DNA from: Octopus vulgaris
Lineage: Eukaryota
Direction: 5' to 3'
Length of the DNA: 64,000 nucleotides
Assembly: GCA_951406725.2 (NCBI GenBank)
Contig: OX597816.1
Location: 77,066,001-77,130,000 of the forward strand
Below the pieces are notes generated by a model. The model had not been told where the DNA came from. It saw only the letters and a list, made by a program, of their open reading frames with translations, and ran no database searches. Shown piece after piece: positions 39,281-52,586 of the stretch. The position numbers and the translations under genes were made by a program. Position 1 is the first letter of the stretch; each line of letters opens with the position of its first letter.

Positions 39281-42200
39281 CAAACGATTTCGACTTCTGC
39301 TGTGAGGATAGTGTCTTAAGATTTATTGACTTTAAATGCTTTTAATTTCTTTATTTTAAATTTCCCAAAATAATAAATGCAATATTAATAATCATCATCA
39401 TCATGTAAAAATCAAAAGTATATTTTTATTAATTTTTCAGATTAAAATTTATGGCTGGAAGAAAATGAAAGATTCGAACCTTTACATGATTGCTCAATTT
39501 GCGAGAAACATTAGCCAAATAGCCCTAAAATTACACCGCGTCCTCTTTAAAAAATATAGTCTATCGGAAAGTGTGGTCCTACGCGTATTATGTCTGACTA
39601 AAAGACAAGATGTCATAGATAGGTCGTCTTTTATTACCAGTCTGCTAGGTCAAAGATGGCTTGCTGCTAATCAAAAACATCAATGCGAAGTTTCAATGAC
39701 AACTTACCATCCTTTCTTTTGTTCCTGAAATATATTTATTAGTATTCCAAAAGAAACAAGCAGTTAATTTTGTCTACAAGAAGGTGACTGCGATAAAGAA
39801 GGACGATTCTAAGAAACTGAGTTTTCTATACAATTAGTCTTGGTTGTTTTTGCTTTTGTGAGCGACCAAGTGGTTTTCAGTTCAGTCACTGTACAGCACC
39901 TTGGGCATGTGTCTTCTGCTATAACTTAGGGTCGACTTTGTGAGTGAATTTGGTAGTGGGAAATTCTGGGGAAATTCACTGTGTGTGTGTCTGTCTTAGT
40001 ATAGTGTCTGTCTCCTGCCACCTTTTGACGACCACTTCGCGTCCCCGTTACTAAGCGGTTCGGCAGAAGAACTAGATAGAATAAGTACTAAACTTAATAT
40101 TAAGTCTTGTGGTCATTTGTTCAACTAGATCTTTCAAGGGTGTGGTTCAGTATGGCCGCAGTTCAATAACTGAAAAAAGCAAAAGAATGATAAAAGATAA
40201 TCGCAGGGAGAAGGATATTTCTGAGTTTTTACAGAATCTTTGTGAATGGCAAGAAAACGGGAAGAAGTTATTCTCTGCCGAGAGACCTAGCTGCAATTTC
40301 CGCAACTGAGCGTACTTCGCTAAAGAACCCAAAGATCAGCTGGTGGAATTAAGCCAGACGATGAATTAAGTCAACAACTTACAACTCGCGAACAGGAACG
40401 GCTCCCTCCGATTAATTTCTACATTGCTTCCATCTATCAAGTTTCATTCCCAAGGCTTTGGTCGCTCAGAAGCTATGGTAGAAGACACTTGCCCAGGTTG
40501 CTGTATATTGGAGTCGAACCCGAAATTACGCGACTGCAAAGAAAAATTTATAATGGACAACCAAGTGTGCATCATTCTCCATTACAGACATTTCGTTTTC
40601 TCCACAAAGCGCTTTAAGAAAGTAATTAACGTCACAATACTCCTTTTTATCTTATTACTGAATTCTATGCAGCTTATGTCAGTGATAATGTATTTTTGTA
40701 TCAGAAAAGGTCACCCAATTCATTCCTTTTATTTCAATAAATGCTTGGTATGAATTATGTTTTTGCCACAGTCTAAGTAGCTACCCGTATTTAATACAGT
40801 GAGCATTAAAACAACTAATTACAAGTAATTATGCCGTGAAGAAAATCAACATTAATTTATGACTGATATTTTAATAATTCCCAGAAAACACAGGAGACAG
40901 CTCGCGATATATTTTGGTATTATTAGACCTCCGCAGCGAAACATAGACTTCACCGCAGGTGTTGAATTACTGTCGGTAGACTGACTAGATAAATATGAAA
41001 TGTGGTGTAGGAGTAGGTGTAAATTTAGCATGATTTACTGGATTTACCGACAAATAATGTTTCTATTTTATTATCTTATTTCCATTTATTTCAGAGTAGC
41101 CTGAAAGCAAGTATTCAAAACCCATTTATTTAATTATTCGTCATTGATTTGCTTTGTCCAAACAGTCTTGTCTTTTAGCGAACCTATTTTAAAATGTTCA
41201 TATCTTTCCTGGTGGTGTTAAGTGAATAAATTGAGCAAACTGACTTGAACCGAGGATTTAAACTGTGCTACGTAAGAGTCAATGAGTATCTAGTATGAGT
41301 ATCTAGTCGCTCAATCTACTATAAAGAATAGCCAAAATTTCCCTCAAATAATCTATTAGCGTTTTAGAGACGAATAAATCGGATAATGTTGTTTTCAGGA
41401 TCTTCTGTACGGAAGAAAAGGGCAGGATGGCCATGGCTGAAATGTGTTTGATCATAAATCCACTTTACTCAGTGGCAGCTTCTTGTGACTAAACATCAAG
41501 AACAATAAACTGTACAGTATCTGCCGCTGGCTTATTAATTAATATCCAAAAATTTGATTAATTCGATTGATGTTAATTTTACTTGAATCCTCCTCAACAG
41601 GCAAACCTGGCTGGGAAGCTAGTTTCATCGCTGACAACCTGACCATGCAACCGGTTGTTCTAATGGACTTCATGTTACCAATAGCACACGTGAACTTAAA
41701 CTAACAATACAATAAAAAAGATGAAATGAGTCACGGCTCAAAAATTGTATCTCGTTATAATTTAATAAAAAGTTGCTAAAGACCAGTCGGAATTATTTAA
41801 AACTGCAAATGGATTGCAAATAAAGTGAACAAGCCCCCTATTGGCAATAAAGAAATAAAATATTTAGCCACATGTAGCACAGATCTATATGGAACTCTAG
41901 AAAGACTGAACAAATTTCTTTGCAGCGTTTCTTCCGAGTTTTTTCGTTTTGAATTAAAATTCTCCGACGTCGACTTAACATTTCATCCTTTCGGGGGTCA
42001 ATAAAATATGTACCAGCTGAATACTTGGGTCGATGTAATTGACTTCTTTATGTTCTAAATTTGCTGGTCTAGTGCTAAAATTTGAAACCATTATTCATTA
42101 CTTTTTATTCTATAATTTTTCTCCCGGCAGTAGGGTGTCGTTTCAGGTTTAGCTGAAATTTCTACCATATCGAATGACCCATTAGAGCTCACTCGTTGAT

Positions 42201-43144
42201 TTGTGATTATCCCGGTTGACTTCATAGTATGTGGAAATGACATTTTAAAATACCTTTAGGATTTCTTAGAATATTGTGGTGAAGAAAACGAAATAGCCAC
42301 AAACATAATTCGAAACCCTGCTTCGCAATTTCATTGAATACAACGTATCTTCTGCACTCAGAATTAAATGATGAAATTAATTTTGAAATGAAATATTCTT
42401 TCAATTTCGTCTAAATATGAGTGTTTGACAGGTAAATATCTGAATTCAGGATTTGTTTAAACAATTTTGTTTCGTTTCAGATTGATTGATTTAAACTTTT
42501 CATATTTTTTTCCTACGAGAAAGCAAATTGAACCGATACGCTTCAATTTGTATGTATACAGAAAATTGTATATTAATTTTTCTGCGTACATAAATAAAGT
42601 CGCACTCACACACATACAAACATGTGTATGTGTGTGAATACGCTATGTATGCGCTGGTGCTATTAAATTCTAAACATGCCCTCGTGTGTATATATATATA
42701 TATATATATATACATACAGAAAGAGAGTTAGAGTTCTATTTTAATGTGGATTATAAGTTTTAAGAGCGCCATTCAAAACTTCACTTTCCTGGACTGTATC
42801 AACGTATCTTTCGAAAGTGAGCTTGCTAAAATCATCCTTACATCAAATACCTGGAATCTTTGGAAACTAATCAATCTGTACTAACCTATGGTCACTTTAT
42901 TAGGAGCACTGAATCATTAGTAAATGGTGTGCGTATGTGTGTGTGTGCGCGTGTGTTTACGTGCTTTAGATTTTTACAAAATACCTTATTCTACGGCAGA
43001 CAAGTCGAATTTTGCAGACGAAAATTTACAACTACAATAATACAGCCATGGAGGATCAAAACTTCCATGTGAAATGCAGCAGGAGTGGAAAGATAGTGGT
43101 GATGTGTGAATGTTTGCACTTCATGTTTACACTACGTACAACAT

Positions 43145-43548
43145 GGATCTTTTCGGCTTGAACGGCAGTTTTTTAAAATAATTTCCACGTAACTAAACAC
43201 TTTTAAACTTCGTAGACTGGTAGAATGTGTTTATAAAACATCTTTTTCTCTTGGCTTTATTGAGAAAATTCTATAGTTTGTAAGATATTTGTTGTTTCTT
43301 TCTTCTGAAATTTCAACTAATCAATGACGTCTATTGAGGTGAAAACATTATGTGCCGTATGAATATGTCCCTCGTTTAAGAAACAGATTGGGTTTATTTA
43401 CATTTGTGAAGAAAAAGAGATACTCTTCCCCCCACCCTAACCCTAAAACAGATTGAAATGAAATAGATTGATACTAGGGTCATAATTATGGGTGACAATT
43501 TCAAATGACACCGCTAGAAAAAAACTGCCGTTCAAACCGAAAAGATCC
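43145..43548. mobile_element. MITE, probably Merlin-type
   Basis: 30-bp TIRs GGATCTTTTCGGYTTGAACGGCAGTTTTTT (1 mismatch) and a perfect 8-bp TSD TACAACAT at 43137-43144 and 43549-43556. Confidence 0.9.
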
Positions 43549-43991
43549 TACAACATCGACTTGTATGCCGGAAAATACTGTAGCCATGACTCTCTGTCTA
43601 CACCCAAAACACTCAATCCTCAATTGCTCTCAGAGACTCTAGATAGGTTCTGGACCTGTAAGAGATAACAACATTACCTTCCTTAAATAACACTCGGCAG
43701 TTTTAGTGAAGAGAAGCACACAATAATTATATACATTATAAACCTGTCAAATTTTGGCTCAAAGCCAGCAATTTGGGATGAGGAGTAGCACTATAACATC
43801 GACCCCCAGGCTCAACTGGTATTTCTTTTATTGATCCCCGAAAGGATGAAAAGTAAAGTCAACCTCAGCAGAATTTGAACTCGGGATGTAAGGTCAGAAG
43901 AAATGCCGTCCTGCATTTTTCCCGGTGCAGTGTCGATTCTGCCAGTTTGCTGTCTTAATTATATGCAGTATAATAATAAGAAGAAGAAGAA

Positions 43992-44472
43992 GAAAACGAG
44001 AAAGCAACCATACTCTGGGATATGCCGATACACACAGATAGAGAAATTAAGGCCAACAGACCAGATATAGTTGTCAGAGATCATGAAGAAAAAAAATGCT
44101 TTCTAATTGATGTATCAATACCGGCAGATGACAACGTGTCTCTAAAAGAAATGGAGAAACTTTCAAAATACAAAGACCTGGAAATAGAGGTAACTAGAAT
44201 GTGGAATCTAAAAACAGAAACAGTTCCTATCATAATAGGTACATTAGGCATGATAAAAAAATATTCAGACAAATACATAACAAAAACACCAGGACTTACA
44301 AACACATATAACATACAGAAAATTGCACTACTAAGCACTGCACACATCCTACGCAGAACACTTTCCATACAATAACCATCAGAGCATCACAACAAATCAC
44401 AGCACATACCCAAGGCACACAGAGCTGCACTCGGTAGTGAAGTGAAAGCACGCTATAAAAATAAAACTACTG
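43992..44472 (+). mobile_element. 3' end of an R4/Dong-like LINE with restriction-like endonuclease
   Basis: ILWDMPIHTDREIKANRPDIVV..CFLIDVSIP..KEMEKLSKYKDL..QKIALLSTAHILR in an open frame; flanked by (TAA)n. Confidence 0.9.
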
Positions 44473-44682
44473 AATAATAATAATAATAATAATTTTGCCA
44501 CAAGGGCATCAATTTTGGGGGAGGGGATGACTCGGTTACATCGACTCCAGCGCTCAACTGGTACTTATTTTATCTACCCCGAAAGGAAAAAGGCGAAATT
44601 TGAACTCTAAACGTAAAAACGGATGACATGCCGCCTTACGAGTTATATACAGAAGAAGAAGAAGAAGAAGAAGAAGAAGAAA

Positions 44683-45178
44683 AATCGGCAAAAGAATTTG
44701 ATAATCTCAGAAAATAGGGATCATAATGTCTCGGTAAAATAATTTGATAAGCTCAGAAAATATAAAGATTTGCTGATTGAAATGGGAAAATGTGACATCT
44801 CTAGACGGTTACAATACCAGTGATTGTAGCAGTACTTGGAATGATCAAAAAGGGAACTGAAAATTATTTAAGGATGATCCCTGGCTTACCATCTATACAG
44901 GAAGTACAAAAGATTGTCTTAACTGGTACGTCACATGTACTGAGAATAACATTGTTGCTGTGAATTTTCTTTCGTTTTCCCCTTTATTTTCTTTGCTTCC
45001 CTTTTTCATATTTTCTTTTTTACCTTCTTTCTTCTGTCTTTCTTCCCTTCTATTTTTTATCACATGACTTTGTAAATCAACAATCTGGTGTGTTATTTTG
45101 ATGGCTACCAACAGTGAGTTTCTTTGCTCTGAGTGTCGGGAAGACACTCGACAAGAAATAGAAACAAAATTGAAAGAA
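44683..45178 (+). mobile_element. Older R4/Dong-like LINE 3' end
   Basis: TIPVIVAVLGMIKKG..IPGLPSIQEVQKIVLTGTSHVLR; followed by (TAA)n. Confidence 0.75.
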
Positions 45179-45197
45179 GATAATAATAATAATAATA

Positions 45198-45640
45198 ATC
45201 CTTTCTATAAGGCCTGAAATTTGATGGAAAGGGACTAGTCAATTACTAGTGTTTTACTGGTACTTAATTTATCAACCCCTAAAGGATGAAAGACAAAATC
45301 AACTTCGGCGGAATTTGAACTCAGAACGGTAAAGACGGACGAAATGTCGCTAAGCTCTTTGTCTGACGTTCTAACGATTCTGCCAGCTCAACGTCTTTAG
45401 TAATGTTAATATTGAAGACTTTCGTAAGGTGTCGTGTTGGCGGAATCATTACATGCCGAGCAAAATGCTTAGTGGTATTTTGTCCGTTTTTACGTTCTGA
45501 GTTCAAATACCGCCGAAGCTTGCTTTTTATCCTTACGGAATTGATAAAATAAGTACCAGTTGAACACTGGAGTCGATGCAATTGACTCATCCTCTTCCCT
45601 CGAAATTTCTGGCCTTGTGCCAAAATTTGAAATCAACATT
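45198..45640. mobile_element. Head-to-head pair of family 2 tail-A SINEs (45198-45392 minus, 45425-45640 plus)
   Basis: Family 2 body on both strands. Further tail-A or partial copies occur at about 3200, 8930, 24850, 37135, 41940, 43750, 44490, 49580, 50415, 55680 and 61150. Confidence 0.8.
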
Positions 45641-45905
45641 AAAGACTTCCTTTTAATTTTGGATCTAAAATGGTATTAGTTGTTTCTTTTGATAAATTAC
45701 ATTTAGGAAATGACGTAGATAAGTGATGTACGATATTCAAGCTTTTCTTAAAACCTTTATCAAGTATGAGTGTATAGTTAAGAAGTTGACTTTGCAACTA
45801 CGTGATTTGGGATTTAATCTCACTGCGCAGCACTTTGGGCAAATGTCTTCTAATAAAGCCTCTATCTGATTAATATTTTGTGAATGAATGTGATAGACGG
45901 AAACT

Positions 45906-45983
<78 letters not shown>

Positions 45984-46322
45984 TTGCACCACTTGACTTA
46001 TGTTGGTTTGTTTATGTCCCGTAAGTTAATGTTTCGATAAAAGAAACTGCATCAAACTTAAAAATAAGTGCATTTGCCCCACTAACCAGATGAAGCATTG
46101 CTGCAGCATGGCCGCAGACTAATGACTGAAACAAGTAAGAAAACAGAGTAACTAAATTGAAATGTCCTGAACTATGAATCGAAATTGGATAACGTATTTC
46201 TGTCCAATCAGAAGTGACCTTTTGCTCTACAATGTTTATATCGTTTTATTAAAGTAATGTATTCTTTTAAGCCTCTATCGTCAAACAGGAAACATTTATT
46301 ATTATCCTATATTCTTTTCTAG

Positions 46323-46583
46323 GCTGACATGCGCTCTCAAGACCAACATTTAGCCCGTCAATTGCTTTGTATCCGACAAGACATTCAACAGATTAAACTA
46401 GATAAAAGTTGTGAGGTGCACCAAGATATGTTAGCTGACGTTGAATTGGAAATGGAGGAGCTAGAAGAACTGGCTGAGATCTGCGACCAGCTGCCTCCAG
46501 ATCCTGGACTCCTCGACAATCCCTTACGCCATATTGGAGTCACTAGGATGAACATAAGTAGAAGGCGCTTTTCAACATGTTGA
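46323..46583 (+). CDS. FAM167A: FAM167-family protein, terminal coding exon (86 aa + stop)
   Basis: Acceptor attcttttctAG at 46321-46322, phase 0. It encodes ADMRSQDQHLARQLLCIRQDIQQIKL...PLRHIGVTRMNISRRRFSTC*, matching the FAM167 C-terminal domain (MRLQDQQLARQL...GVTKMNINSRRFSLC). It joins the upstream exon in frame to give 243 aa. Confidence 0.92.
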   Translation, partial: ADMRSQDQHLARQLLCIRQDIQQIKLDKSCEVHQDMLADVELEMEELEELAEICDQLPPDPGLLDNPLRHIGVTRMNISRRRFSTC

Positions 46584-46926
46584 TGATGTGGAAGAATTTC
46601 TCGTATGTGCTGTACTAGTGAAACTTTTTTATATCATAATCAATAATATATTTCCAATAGTATGAGACATAAGCATTTTCAACTCAACCGTTATTCATAT
46701 ACATACTCTCATCTTTCTTTTTCTGTTTCTCTTCCTCTTCTTTGTTAATTCTGGTTCTTCATATTTTTATTTCTTTATAAGCGTGAGGGACTAAGATCAC
46801 AAAACCTATGCAAGGAAAATTGACTTTGCGTGTTTCTGCATATATATGTGCCTCTCCGTGCATGTGCTTAAGCTCGTAGTAAGAAAAACATACGGTTATC
46901 TGTCACGACTCATTTTTATCTGATGA

Positions 46927-46936
46927 AATAAATAAA
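46927..46936 (+). promoter_or_regulatory. Candidate polyadenylation signal of the FAM167-like gene
   Basis: Overlapping AATAAATAAA about 345 nt after the stop codon, followed by T-rich sequence; could be chance in AT-rich DNA. Confidence 0.4.
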
Positions 46937-47269
46937 TTTTTTGATATTTCTACTTTTAGTTCGGCATATTTAGAGAAATTTATTACTTATTTCACTGCAA
47001 TGTTTGAAGGAATTTCAATACCTGTTAAGAGCTATTCTCTTTTTATAACATGGATAAACTTCAATTATTGTCTGTTTGGATATCACAATCTCTTAAAATT
47101 CTGGAAAATTCTGGAGGGTTGTCGTTTTGTGAAGAAAGAAATGAGTGAAGTGGTTAACCGGGTAAATGAGAAAGATATATATATAATAGGTCATGAGAAA
47201 AAAAGGTTTTAAAACCAGACGAGCAAGCAACAACATGCTTGCTCGATCTTCTGATAACAGTCACCAAAT

Positions 47270-47305
<36 letters not shown>

Positions 47306-47501
47306 ACAAACGGAAAATAAGAGTTTGTCTCAGGATACGAATTTCACACCACTGCGATCATCAGGCGAAACTCGCATTGGCATGAAACTCGAGTTTCAAA
47401 TAAATCTGGCTTCAAATTTAATGAAAATATATATATATCGTCCACAACATTATTGACCACTCTCTTGTTATTCGTTAGATATTAAGCAATGTATGTGTAT
47501 A

Positions 47502-47556
<55 letters not shown>

Positions 47557-47765
47557 ACGCACAGACACATGCAAACACACACACTTGCACGCATATATAC
47601 GTCTATATGAGTTAGAGGTTAAACAACCATTTAAGGGATAATAAATAGCCAATATACCACTGGATATATACCTATGCATTTATATCCAAATGCCTACAGT
47701 TGTAAGGCAATAGCACAATTAAATAATAGATACGAGTGGATGTAAACACAAGTTTACCCAGAATT

Positions 47766-48071
47766 TATAAATCAAAGAAGAAAATTGAAAAGATAATTAG
47801 TTGACAAACCTCAGCATACAAACATCAATTAGATATATCTATTAATTACATCATATGGATAAATAAATAAATAAATAAATAAGAATAAATGAGTGAATAA
47901 AAATTTACTCTTACAGCTGGACACCAAAAGTAGAAACACGTGTAAGAGTAAAATTTTTTCACTTATTTATTTCTTTATCCATATGACTGCAATTAATAAA
48001 TAGATCTAATTGGTGTTTTTAAGCTGATCTATGTCAATTAATTATCTTCTCCATTTTCTTCTTTGCCTATA
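47766..48071. repeat. Long imperfect inverted repeat (arms about 140-150 bp)
   Basis: ..caattagat..catatggataaa..aaatttactcttaca versus tgtaagagtaaaattt..tttatccatatg..atctaattg; the centre contains GAAACacgtGTA. Confidence 0.85.
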
Positions 48072-48171
<100 letters not shown>

Positions 48172-48275
48172 CAATGATTAAAGTAGTTCTGTGATAAAAT
48201 AATTGATTGCTCACCGTCGAGATCGACAAGGATCCATTTCGTTAGTTATATTTATATAAGAACATGCGCACAAGA

Positions 48276-48496
48276 AAGGCGGCGAGTTGGCAGAAACGCT
48301 AGCACGCCGGGCGGAATGCTTCGCGGTATTTCGTCTGCCGTTAAGTTCTGAATTAAAATTCCGCCAAGGTCGACTTTGCCTTTCATCCTTTCGAGGTCGA
48401 TAAATTAAGTACCCGTTACGCACTGGGGTCAATCCAATCGACTTAATCCCCTTGTCTGTCCTTGTTTGCCCTTGTGGGCAATAAAGAAATAATAAT
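48276..48496 (+). mobile_element. SINE family 2, monomer ending in tail B
   Basis: Ends gcccttgtgggcaataaagaaataataat; TSD atgcgcacaa at 48264-48273 and 48497-48506. Confidence 0.9.
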
Positions 48497-50933
48497 ATGC
48501 GCACAAAATAGATTTAGAAATACAAATATTAATCTGTGGATTTTATACATAAATATGCATAAAGACGTGAAAGCGTATATGAAATATATTTTCCACAGAA
48601 ACGTTTACTAGTTACCTCGAAGTTTCCCTGGTCGCTGACTTCCAGAGATGTAAGATGGCGCCAGTAAAATATATTGGCGTAAATAATTAGTCAAATATCT
48701 CTTTGTAAAAATGTATGTTAAAATAAATAATCTTTTGTTACTTATTGCATTTAAAATTCGTTAACTAGGAATTTTGAGGCACTTTCCCACATTCATGAAT
48801 GTGTGTGTTATGCGTTTGTTGGCGTGTGTGAGTATGTGTGTGTGCATATATGTCATGTATGTACGTTTTCGGAAATCATGAGTCCGGACTAAAGCATTGA
48901 TAATTATTTCAATTGTAAGTTTGTATTTCCAACGCAACGGTAATGAAGCAAATAAAATATGATATATGTACATATATACACACACATAGACACACGCGCA
49001 CGTACACACTCACATACGCACACATACATATATATATATGAAGACGGAGAGAGAAAGTACATGTGTGATGTGTTGGAGAGGTTAAAAATAATGTTGATAT
49101 GCAATAAATATTTCTACTGAAAGGAAAAATTATTGCCTATTTAGACGTCTTAATTTATTAATGCTAAATCAAATTAATGGAGTTATTTTTGTTCTCCAAC
49201 AGTGCCTCTTCCGTTTAATTAATTTTGATCATAGAACAAATACATCAAATTTTTAAAATCATAGAGAATGTTTCTTTTTCTGTCTTTTATACTAGCCATA
49301 TTGTCTACAACTTGTGAAGCAGAAGATAACCAGTCCATCTTAGCTTTATCTTGGAAGTACCGAGAGTAGTTTAGCGAGATATTCTCGCATACATTTACAC
49401 GATTTATTCCCTGGTGCATCTATTTCACTTTCCTGATAATGTTCATACGTTCTGTACAAATGTACGGACATTATCAGAAAAGTGAAACAATAGTATGAAC
49501 GTTATATCACACATACCTTCGAAATCAAAAGGCTGTTTTAGCCCGTCGATGGATGTCACTCGTTATCAAAGATCAAAAAAGCAGTGAGCTGGCAGAATCG
49601 TTAGCACGCCGGGATTTCTATCAGCTTTACGTTCTTAGCTCAAATTACGCCTAGGTTGACTTTGCTTTTCATTCGTATGGAGTCGATAAAATATAATACC
49701 AGTTGAACACTGGAGTTGATAAAGTCGACACGCCTCGTCTCACAAAATTTCAGGCCTTGTGCCTATAGAAGGGAGAATTATCAAAGATCAAACAAGTGAA
49801 CTTACTGAAACTTCCAGAGTGTAACACAAAGTTTTGCTTTTTTTTGTAGGGTAAGGGGCCTTAACAGCGTCTCCCACTTCATTTTTTTTATTATTCACCA
49901 TCACCTGACTTTTGAGAAATAACTATGGGAGAGGGTTTTAAAACCAGACGAGCAAGCCACAACATGCTTGCTCGATCTTCTGTAACAGTCACCAAATTAT
50001 CGTATTTCACTTTGTTATCTTGAAACAGAAGAGATGCTTATTAAATAAGAAAGCCCTGAATTACACTTGCTAAAACAGAAACAAGATGGTCACGCCTAGA
50101 ATGCTTTTGTTCAATTAGAGCTGATCTAAGGAGAAAGCAACAGCTTTTGTATCCTATGCTATACATTTTCTGCCCTTATATGTGCATGTGTGTGTCTTTG
50201 CGTCTGTAATCGTCCTCCGCCACCGCTTGACAACCGATGTTGGTGTGCTTACGTCCTCGTAACTTAGCGGTTCGGAAAAAGACCTGATAGTTTAAGTACC
50301 AGGCTTTAAAAAGGAAAAAGCACAAGGTCGATTCATTCGACTAAAATTTCTTTAAGGCGATACTCCAGCATGGCCGCAGTCTAACGGCTCAAACAACTAA
50401 AAGATAAGATATATACAAGGCCTGAAATTGTGTAGCTGATGAGAATAGTAGATCATACCAACCCCGGAACTTTATTAATACTTCATTTTATCGATCCCGG
50501 AAGTATAAGCAAATTTGACCTCAGCGGGATTTGAACCCAGAATGTAAGAAACCAGAAGAAACACTCCTCAGTTACACAGTAATGCCACTACTAACTGAAG
50601 TAAACTCTACAAACCTATTTACAGTTAGATAGTCGTTTAGAATTTATTGTCTTGGTCACGGAAATAACACAATATTGATTATAGGAACCAACAGCGTCTC
50701 AACTGGTTGTTTAATATCCACTGCCACGGCCTTCTAATTTTGTGTAACAAATGTAATAATGTAAAACCGTTCAAATCAGTCATTTACTGTCTCTGTTAAA
50801 TGCATTCATTCGATATTAGCAAGATTTTAAGACAGAAATATATATAATTGTTTATGAAGTTCAATATTATTCTGGACACTTGCGTAAGATTATATTGTCA
50901 AATAATATTTATAAGCCTCTCGGTGTGCGTGCG

Positions 50934-50967
<34 letters not shown>

Positions 50968-51195
50968 ATTTTTGAAATTGCAGTTTCGATATTATGAGGA
51001 AATATACACAGTTGTGGACATGTAAACGACGTAGTTGAATTTCGTATGAAGTAGCCATTTCAATATAGAAATGTCAATTTATAATCTACGTTGACGGACA
51101 TGCAAATAGGAATACGTTGTTGCGAAGGAATTTAGGCTGAAAAGGCCGCAGTAAAATGCACACATAAGTTAATCAATTGCAGAGTCGCCATTTCA

Positions 51196-51268
51196 GTCTC
51201 TATTAACAACTGTGTCTCTATTAACAACTAACTGTATCTCTTTTAACAACTGTGTCTCTATTAACAAC
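51196..51268 (+). repeat. 18-22-bp tandem repeat, 4 units
   Basis: gtctctattaacaactgt repeated. Confidence 0.85.
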
Positions 51269-51543
51269 GTCGTGTGTTTCGTTTTATGCATAAAATTTGT
51301 CTAAAAGTAAATACTATACTGTTGTGTTTCACAATAAAGATTTTTACGGAAAACAATATCAAATATGATCCCATTCTTGAGTGTGTGACTATCATTAAAT
51401 ATCTCGTGATTTTCAAAGAAAATTCGCTAATGATGCTGTGCGTTAACAAAGTAGCTCGTACTTAATCTGCGTTACATCTAATTGATCCCAGCAAAAGAAA
51501 GCAAAGATGATTGAAATTGTGAACATCATAATATTTCGATTAA

Positions 51544-51829
51544 ACTCCATTTTCAGACACCGGCAAAAAAAATTGAACAAAAAAATAGTGTAATATGTCT
51601 AAAACAACGTTTAGTAATAGAATATGAAGGGGGAAATGCGCGCTGACGAACGACGCGGGAGTGGAGAGTACTCGGAAAATTCACATCGGGAATGTTCCGA
51701 GTCTTCTCATCACTCCCCCGTTCGTCGGCGCAAATTGTTTTCTTATTATTCATTTACTACACATTATTTTACACTTATTACGCTATAATTTTTTTTTCAG
51801 TTTTTTTTGCCCGTGTCTGAAACTGGAGC
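51544..51829. mobile_element. Fully palindromic (foldback) MITE flanked by TTAA
   Basis: Arms begin RCTCCAKTTTCAGACAC and pair imperfectly to a central loop at about 51683-51689; TTAA at 51540-51543 and 51830-51833. Confidence 0.8.
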
Positions 51830-52447
51830 TTAACCAATATTCCTTTATACAGAACATTGCTTTGTTCAAAAGTTTCTTCAATCCACAATTATAAATCTTA
51901 TATAATTTTACTTATTTCAGTCATCAGACTGCGATCATGCTGGGGCACTACCTTGAAGAGATTAGTCGAACAAATCGACCCCGCCACTTATATTTTTTTA
52001 AGTCTCTTATTTATTGTATCGGTCTCTTTCGCCAAACTGCTAAGTCACGGAGACATAAACAAAGTAACGTGACAAACATTGATTGTCAGGCAATGGAGAG
52101 GACCAGCACAAATAGACACACACACACACACATATATATAAACATATACATATATATAAACATATATATATATATATATATATAAATTTAAAACGAGAGT
52201 GAGAAATTAGATATTAATTTAACATCGATTTCACACCAGTGGTCTAGCATATAAAATAAAAAATGAAGGTTCAGTAAAATTGTATTGTATACATATTAGA
52301 GGGAAACCACTATGTGGACACCCTTATGCTAGAAATAGATCCGCTATGGTCTTACCACTAAGAAATGTTCTCAAGAAAAATTTAGCAAAACAACCAAAAC
52401 GTAATTCAGCAAGACAAAAGAAAAAGCAATAAAAATATGAATATATA

Positions 52448-52586
<139 letters not shown>

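Larger units (their letters stand above)
33490..46322 (+). other. 12,833-bp GT-AG intron of the FAM167-like gene
   Basis: Canonical GTAAGT donor and polypyrimidine-AG acceptor, frame preserving; filled with SINEs, MITEs and LINE ends. Confidence 0.85.

Noticed and set aside
43434-43446. CCCTAACCCTAA telomere-like motif
   Set aside because: Only two units, internal to the MITE.
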